Source of the DNA: Paraspadella gotoi
Taxonomy: Eukaryota > Animalia > Chaetognatha
Assembly (NCBI GenBank): GCA_051294375.1
Contig: CM119268.1
Location: forward strand, 18,111,176-18,118,972
Direction of reading: 5' to 3'
Length of the DNA stretch: 7,797 nt
A program made the position numbers and the translations under genes. The stretch's first letter is position 1; each line of letters opens with the position of its first letter. Of this stretch, positions 1-4,879 are shown in pieces. The notes beneath the pieces were generated by a model. It was not told the origin of the DNA and searched no databases. It saw only the letters and a program-made list of their open reading frames with translations.

Positions 1-282
1 GCGATTGCAGAGCCTCTTCCGGTTTTCAAAAGACTCTATGGGCGACACATTAGCGAGACTGCGTCGGGACCGGCGGCTGAGGCGTCGGCAGCGGCGGCGG
101 CGGCGGCGGCGGCGTATTGATTCTATTGACGTCTGCTTCCTCCTCGACTTCGATGTCCTCTTTATGGTTTTTGTAATTCTTTTGTCGGTCGTATTGTATG
201 AATCTTTTGTTCTCAAATATTGTTTAGTGTCTTCGCATTTTGTAAATTTGATAAAAGACAAAAGACTGATGGCTTTTCCATC
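1..282 (-). CDS. Possible partial exon, product unknown (runs off the window's left edge)
   Basis: The minus strand reads TATCTCACTCCTAG|GATGG, an acceptor-like site, followed by 94 stop-free codons to base 1 (DGKAISLLSFIKFTKCEDTKQYLRTKD...RRRRRRRRCRRLSRRSRRSLANVSPIESFENRKRLCNR). An alternative minus frame (223..50) gives ...HKEDIEVEEEADVNRINTPPPPPPPLPTPQPPVPTQSR*. No family recognised, and part of the openness comes from a GCG repeat. Confidence 0.2.
91..114. repeat. (GCG)8 trinucleotide microsatellite
   Basis: Perfect GCG x8, with degenerate GGC/GCG units upstream from about 71. Confidence 0.95.
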
Positions 283-429
283 CTAGGAGTGAGATATTAT
301 TGTCTATGTTTATTTATGTTTGTATAAATCTGTATCATATGAGAGGTTTAATCGATCAATATTGTTCGTCGTGCGCTTAATATTGGCATCGTTGTCATTA
401 TTTTCAAGGATCTCACGGTGAGCAATGTC

Positions 430-672
430 CTTCTCCTCCAACCTTGTCCTTTCCGTAAACCATTTTCATTCTCCGCCCATAACCATTTCCCCTGCCTTCG
501 CCTTCAGTATCCTACTCCCTTTCCTTTCCTCCCTTTTCCTTTTTCTTCCTACCTCCCTTTCCCTCTCGACCCCAAAATCCTTTCTCCTATTCCCCTTTTA
601 AAATTCCCTTTCCCACTTCCCTCTTTCTCCAATCTCAATCCCATTTCCATTTCCCATTTTCAAGTTTCCATC
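430..672. repeat. Pyrimidine-rich low-complexity tract
   Basis: About 240 bp dominated by C/T runs with very few G, ending in short CCATTT(C) iterations at about 640-672. It explains the P/F/L/S-rich ORF 418..678. Confidence 0.8.
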
Positions 673-899
673 TTATGATCGTCATTTTCCGCCGACCTCA
701 GATTTCCTCCTATAATGGGCTCGTGATTTGTTCTGCAACGTCGGAACTTAAGGAGATTTAACTTTTATGGCGATGATAATATATCACATTTTTTGACAAT
801 CTATGTTTCGCTTAACTTATATAGAAAAAAGATAACTATCAAAGATTTGATCCGAATCTGCCGTTTCTCTCCGTCGGAGCCTCAAATCTTTCCATCGTC

Positions 900-1140
900 T
901 GGTGTCGCCGCCATAACGGTAGCCTTGACGACAAAATGGGCGGGAGTCCTAGCAACGAGGCGGTTGGCATGGCAATAAAAAAATAATGGTCGTCATGGAA
1001 ACGAAATCGTTTTCTCTCGTCGAATCGACGCCGAATGTAGATCGCGAGACGTCGCGACGCCGGTAACGCGCGCCGTTCACCGCGCCGTGGGCGCCCAAAG
1101 CGACAAGGGCACGCCCCGAGCTAAAGGCGCCTCGAGTCAC
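900..1140. promoter_or_regulatory. CpG-rich candidate promoter/enhancer with RFX X-box-like cluster
   Basis: GC/CpG-rich non-repetitive block containing GCCGCCAT (907-914, YY1/Pho-like core), GGGCGGGA (938-945), CCTAGCAAC (948-956), GTTGGCATGGCAAT (963-976), GTCGTCATGGAAAC (989-1002) and several short palindromes. Function is inferred from motifs only. Confidence 0.35.
989..1002. promoter_or_regulatory. RFX X-box consensus match
   Basis: GTCGTCATGGAAAC fits the DAF-19/RFX consensus GTHNYY-AT-RRNAAC at all positions. Confidence 0.45.
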
Positions 1141-1195
1141 AAGGGTGCCGATAAAAACGAATACGTCGATGGAAACGACATTGGCGAAATATTTG

Positions 1196-1228
<33 letters not shown>
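1196..1228. repeat. (GAC)11 microsatellite
   Basis: Perfect GAC x11; it produces the poly-D and poly-R runs in ORFs 1145..1363 and 1087..1407. Confidence 0.95.
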
Positions 1229-1230
<2 letters not shown>

Positions 1231-1329
1231 AAATATGCGAGCCGATACAATGAGCCCACGATTTTATTGCGTTGGACGCGACGCCGTCTCGGCAACGCGG
1301 ATAACATTTTCGGGAATCGGGAAGGGCGA

Positions 1330-1495
1330 AGAGTTGAAGGGTGGGAAAGAGGACTGGGAGTAGGTCTAACGGTGGAGGTTAGGGTGGAAGAGTGGAAGGG
1401 GGCTTGAGGTGCGGAGGGGAGTGGGGGGGAGAGGTTCAGGGTGGGATTGGGACTGGGAGTAGGTCTAAGGTGGAGGTTAGGATGGAAGTCAGTGG
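1330..1495. repeat. G-rich imperfect direct duplication, about 100-bp period
   Basis: GGACTGGGAGTAGGTCTAACGGTGGAGGTTAGGGTGGAAG (1351-1390) versus GGACTGGGAGTAGGTCTAA-GGTGGAGGTTAGGATGGAAG (1450-1488): one indel and one mismatch. Weaker similarity (AGGGTGGGA upstream, AGTGG downstream) extends both copies. Confidence 0.9.
1439..1457 (+). other. Canonical G-quadruplex motif
   Basis: GGG-T-GGG-ATT-GGG-ACT-GGG: four G3 runs with 1/3/3-nt loops, with further G runs at 1398-1429. Confidence 0.65.
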
Positions 1496-1639
1496 TGAGT
1501 TGAGGAAAGTGAATTAAGATGAGGTGGGTGAGTCGCGTCGTAGCGAAGAAATGACTCGAGAAATTGTAGCTCTAATCAATCAGAAACCAGAGGTCGGGCG
1601 AGAAAATTCGGTCGCTGTCGTTGTAATAGTCGTTAACCT

Positions 1640-1640
<1 letters not shown>

Positions 1641-1672
<32 letters not shown>

Positions 1673-1673
1673 T
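1641..1673. repeat. (GTC/GTT)11 imperfect microsatellite
   Basis: gtc gtc gtt gtc gtc gtt gtt gtc gtc gtc gtt. Confidence 0.9.
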
Positions 1674-1876
1674 TGGTTCCTTCGTTGTCGTCAGTTTCGA
1701 TGATGTCGTTGCTAAAGTTATATTATCCAAGGTTGAGTTGCAGTAATATTATTCCGTCCTTTGAAGTTGGAGATTTCTCGCTCCTTTGTCAGAGAAAGTT
1801 TGATTACTATAAAATTTATTACAGACATGTTTCGGCTTTACTTTCAAGCCTCCTTTGTCTAAATATTTCTTTCCTT

Positions 1877-1918
1877 GTCATCGTCGTCGTCGTAGTCGTT
1901 ATCGTCGTCGTCGTCGTC
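1877..1918. repeat. (GTC)14 imperfect microsatellite
   Basis: 14 triplets, mostly GTC, with ATC, GTA and GTT interruptions. Confidence 0.9.
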
Positions 1919-2021
1919 ATAATCGCCGTCTTTCCGTTGGAAAATGAGGGGAAACGCAAGTGGGCGTCTTTGGTCTCTAAATGTCGCGCGACACGTGAGA
2001 ATTGAATGAAGGGACAATGAA

Positions 2022-2045
2022 GACGACGACGACAACGACGACGAC
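2022..2045. repeat. (GAC)8 microsatellite with one AAC
   Basis: gac x4, aac, gac x3; opposite orientation to the tract at 1877-1918. Confidence 0.9.
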
Positions 2046-2106
2046 GGTGAACGAATCGTCCGAGACAAAAAATGATCTGAATAAAAAAAAAAGTGAGTAC
2101 GACGAT

Positions 2107-2139
2107 GAGGAGGAGGAGGAGGAGGAGGAGGAGGAGGAG
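2107..2139. repeat. (GAG)11 microsatellite
   Basis: Perfect GAG x11. Confidence 0.95.
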
Positions 2140-2250
2140 GATGAACGAACGTTTGACTTTTCCTTTCGACGGAAAATGAGATGAAAAGAGGATTTTTTAT
2201 ATCGAAATCGATTTGCATCTCAAATCCGGATTTTGTGTCGGATGGGAGTT

Positions 2251-2294
2251 GATGACGACGACGACGACGATGACGACGATGACGNNNNNNNNNN

Positions 2295-2328
<34 letters not shown>
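2251..2328. repeat. (GAC/GAT)n microsatellite spanning a 10-N gap
   Basis: GAC units with GAT interruptions on both sides of Ns at 2285-2294; true length unknown. Confidence 0.9.
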
Positions 2329-2329
<1 letters not shown>

Positions 2330-2405
2330 GAAAAATATATGGGCGGAAAATAATTTAGTTAGTTGTGAATTCTGCAATTAAATGAGTAGTGAAATCAGTA
2401 ATTTC

Positions 2406-2497
2406 TTCATTCATTCATTCATTCATTCATTCATTCATTCATTCATTCATTCATTCATTCATTCATTCATTCATTCATTCATTCATTCATTCATTCA
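2406..2497. repeat. (TTCA)23 tetranucleotide microsatellite
   Basis: 92 bp of perfect TTCA; source of the (SFIH)n run in ORF 2389..2796. Confidence 0.97.
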
Positions 2498-2637
2498 TTT
2501 ACGTATTAACAATCGTATATTTATATTTCATTCATTTCTCTCGTATAATTAATAGCGATAAACGAAGGCTTTTTACGCTTTTCCACGCGGCGCGTTTTCC
2601 GCCTGACCCGAGCGTCAAAGGATCCGCCCTCTTCCTC

Positions 2638-2756
2638 NNNNNNNNNNNNNNNNNNNNNNNNNNNNNNNNNNNNNNNNNNNNNNNNNNNNNNNNNNNNNNN
2701 NNNNNNNNNNNNNNNNNNNNNNNNNNNNNNNNNNNNNNNNNNNNNNNNNNNNNNNN
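2638..2756. other. Assembly gap (119 N)
   Basis: N run with CT-rich flanks. Confidence 0.97.
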
Positions 2757-3309
2757 CACAATTTCCCTCTCTCTCTGTCTCTCCCGCGGTTCATGAGACC
2801 GTCATTGCCACGTTCGCACTCCGTCACGCTCGTTCGTTCTATCATCTTTTTGTCACGGTCGTAAAAAGCATCCTGTCACTCACTGTCACGGTTTCGATAG
2901 GCCAGTCACCCTTGGTCACTATTTTTTTTTTAATTATGATAAAATCTAGGTGTTCTTTGCCAAAGCTTTGATTAAAAAAAATTCTTTACGACTCCTCGCC
3001 GTTTTGTCAATCTGTCAAACTTTGTATGTCGGATTATATGCCAGTTTATATGCCCCACCCCATCCGTACCATTCAACCCTTCCCCTCGTTTCCCTTCTCA
3101 AAAAAAAAGATCAATTTTCCGGTGATTCAGTGGAATCGAAATTCCAATTTCCAAATCCTTGTTTTCCCTTTTTTTTCCGTTTCTTTTCTTTCTTTTCATT
3201 TTCCTTTTTTCTTTCTTCTTTTGTTTTGTTCGCGTCGCAGATGGAGGCCCGACGATTAGCGAAGCCAAAGAGAAGAGAGGAGAGAGTGAGGGAGAAAGGG
3301 GAGGGGAGA

Positions 3310-3571
3310 NNNNNNNNNNNNNNNNNNNNNNNNNNNNNNNNNNNNNNNNNNNNNNNNNNNNNNNNNNNNNNNNNNNNNNNNNNNNNNNNNNNNNNNNNNN
3401 NNNNNNNNNNNNNNNNNNNNNNNNNNNNNNNNNNNNNNNNNNNNNNNNNNNNNNNNNNNNNNNNNNNNNNNNNNNNNNNNNNNNNNNNNNNNNNNNNNNN
3501 NNNNNNNNNNNNNNNNNNNNNNNNNNNNNNNNNNNNNNNNNNNNNNNNNNNNNNNNNNNNNNNNNNNNNNN
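3310..3571. other. Assembly gap (262 N)
   Basis: N run preceded by a GA-rich tract (3268-3309). Confidence 0.97.
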
Positions 3572-3668
3572 AAAAAAATATAAGCGATATCAGAAATTAG
3601 TGTTATCATCTGATTACAATCATCATCACCATTAGCATTATAATCATCGTCGTCATTGTGAACATCAC

Positions 3669-3682
3669 GTTGCCATGAAAAC
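3669..3682. promoter_or_regulatory. RFX X-box consensus match
   Basis: GTTGCCATGAAAAC fits GTHNYY-AT-RRNAAC and has a perfect GTTGCCATG left part of the palindromic GTTGCCATGGCAAC site. Confidence 0.45.
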
Positions 3683-3749
3683 GGCGTGAATCTTATCACG
3701 ATCACAATCAGTCGCCGCAGTCAATTGACGAAAACGACGGCGAGACGGG

Positions 3750-3836
3750 ATAGAGAAAGGAAAAAGAAAGGAAAATGGGAGAAGAAAGAAAGNNNNNNNN
3801 NNGAAAGAAGGAAAATTAGAAGGGAAAAGAGAGAAA
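3750..3836. repeat. Purine-rich (GA) low-complexity tract with a 10-N gap
   Basis: Almost only A/G; Ns at 3793-3802. Confidence 0.8.
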
Positions 3837-3890
3837 TTGGGTAACGCGAGCGAAATCCTCGTGACCCGTGGGTCAGACGTTGCTCATAGG

Positions 3891-3895
<5 letters not shown>

Positions 3896-3928
<33 letters not shown>

Positions 3929-4081
3929 NNNNNNNNNNNNNNNNNNNNNNNNNNNNNNNNNNNNNNNNNNNNNNNNNNNNNNNNNNNNNNNNNNNNNNNN
4001 NNNNNNNNNNNNNNNNNNNNNNNNNNNNNNNNNNNNNNNNNNNNNNNNNNNNNNNNNNNNNTCTCTCTCTCTCTCTCTCTT
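3896..4081. repeat. (CT)n microsatellite spanning a 133-N gap
   Basis: CT repeats at 3896-3928 and 4062-4081 flank Ns at 3929-4061. Confidence 0.9.
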
Positions 4082-4087
4082 TCAACA

Positions 4088-4234
4088 ATGGCAAAGGAAG
4101 TGGGGGATGTAACTCCTCCAACAAATGCCCATGCAGAGGAGAGGGGGGGCGCGTTGCAACCCCCCGAGGAAGCAACAGACTTGACCAATAAACTCAATTA
4201 CTTCGGCATCCTGCATCAAGCCTACTCATCATAA
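4088..4234 (+). CDS. Candidate small ORF (48 aa), unknown product
   Basis: ATG at 4088 in CAACA-ATG-G context (A at -3, G at +4) and TAA at 4232-4234. Translation MAKEVGDVTPPTNAHAEERGGALQPPEEATDLTNKLNYFGILHQAYSS is non-repetitive; no family recognised. Confidence 0.2.
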   Translation: MAKEVGDVTPPTNAHAEERGGALQPPEEATDLTNKLNYFGILHQAYSS

Positions 4235-4429
4235 CCCGACCAAGTCAAGCTCTTGGTTGTCTGCTAATTCTTTCTTTCTTCATTTTTCTCTCTTTTTTTT
4301 ACATTTATTGATTAAATCAGTAATATCCTATTATTTCCTCAGTTCCCTTTTCCATCTTTACCCAATACCCGTTCATATTTTTAATTTACAATCTCCCCTC
4401 AAGCCCCAACTCGTTCATGAATTTTAACT

Positions 4430-4452
4430 TCTCTCTCTCTCTCTCGCTCTCT

Positions 4453-4503
<51 letters not shown>

Positions 4504-4529
4504 CTCTTCTCCTCTTCTCTTCGTCTCTC
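4430..4529. repeat. Imperfect (CT)n microsatellite
   Basis: About 100 bp of CT units with CTT/CCT slips; source of the (SL)n and (ER)n ORFs. Confidence 0.92.
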
Positions 4530-4621
4530 ATTCCCGCTGGACCCGAATCGCGACCATTCTGCGTATCTTCTTATTTTCTTCATCTTCTTAACATATGAGG
4601 AAGCGTTTTTCGATCGAGGCG

Positions 4622-4651
4622 CCCCCTCCACCCCCCCCCACCCCGCCCCCC
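4622..4651 (-). other. G-quadruplex motif on minus strand (C-run cluster on plus)
   Basis: Plus strand reads C5-TCCA-C9-A-C4-G-C6. Confidence 0.6.
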
Positions 4652-4828
4652 TCCGCTGGAGCGCCCTCGTCCGTGCCGTCTTATCGGCGCGTGCTTTCCG
4701 CGTTCGGGATATCGTTTACTTGATGCTGGTGCTGTGAGATTATTCAGACTTTTTGTCGCGAGCACTCGCGAAGTGAGACTATTCGTCGCGAGCAAAGGTC
4801 GAAAACGTGACGACTGGATTTATGAGAC

Positions 4829-4879
4829 GTCGTCGTTATTGTCGTTGTTGTCGTTGTCATTGTTGCTGTTGCTGTTGTT
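4829..4879. repeat. Degenerate (GTC/GTT/GCT)n microsatellite
   Basis: 17 triplets of GTC, GTT, ATT and GCT. Confidence 0.8.

Noticed and set aside
5-286. Plus-strand 93-aa ORF with poly-Arg and a hydrophobic stretch
   Set aside because: It starts at TTG, the poly-R is the GCG repeat, the hydrophobic part reflects T-rich DNA, and no family is recognised.
841-861. GATCCGAATCTG resembles the 3' half of miR-10/miR-100 (GAUCCGAAUUUG)
   Set aside because: The seed (ACCCUGU/ACCCGUA) is absent and the opposite arm does not resemble miR-10-3p.
1379-1384. TTAGGG telomere-type hexamer (also near 7597)
   Set aside because: Isolated single units, not tandem arrays.
1351-1488. Two 40-bp repeats separated by a spacer, superficially CRISPR-like
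   Set aside because: Only two copies, a low-complexity G-rich spacer of about 60 bp, no cas genes, and a eukaryotic context.
1087-2796. ORFs with poly-D, poly-R, poly-V, poly-T, poly-E, poly-P and (SFIH)n
   Set aside because: They are translations of microsatellites in several overlapping frames on both strands, with no domain-like sequence.
2532-4197. Long ORFs crossing N runs (also 6301-7164)
   Set aside because: Their length comes from X codons and (CT/AG)n repeats, so they are artefacts of assembly gaps.
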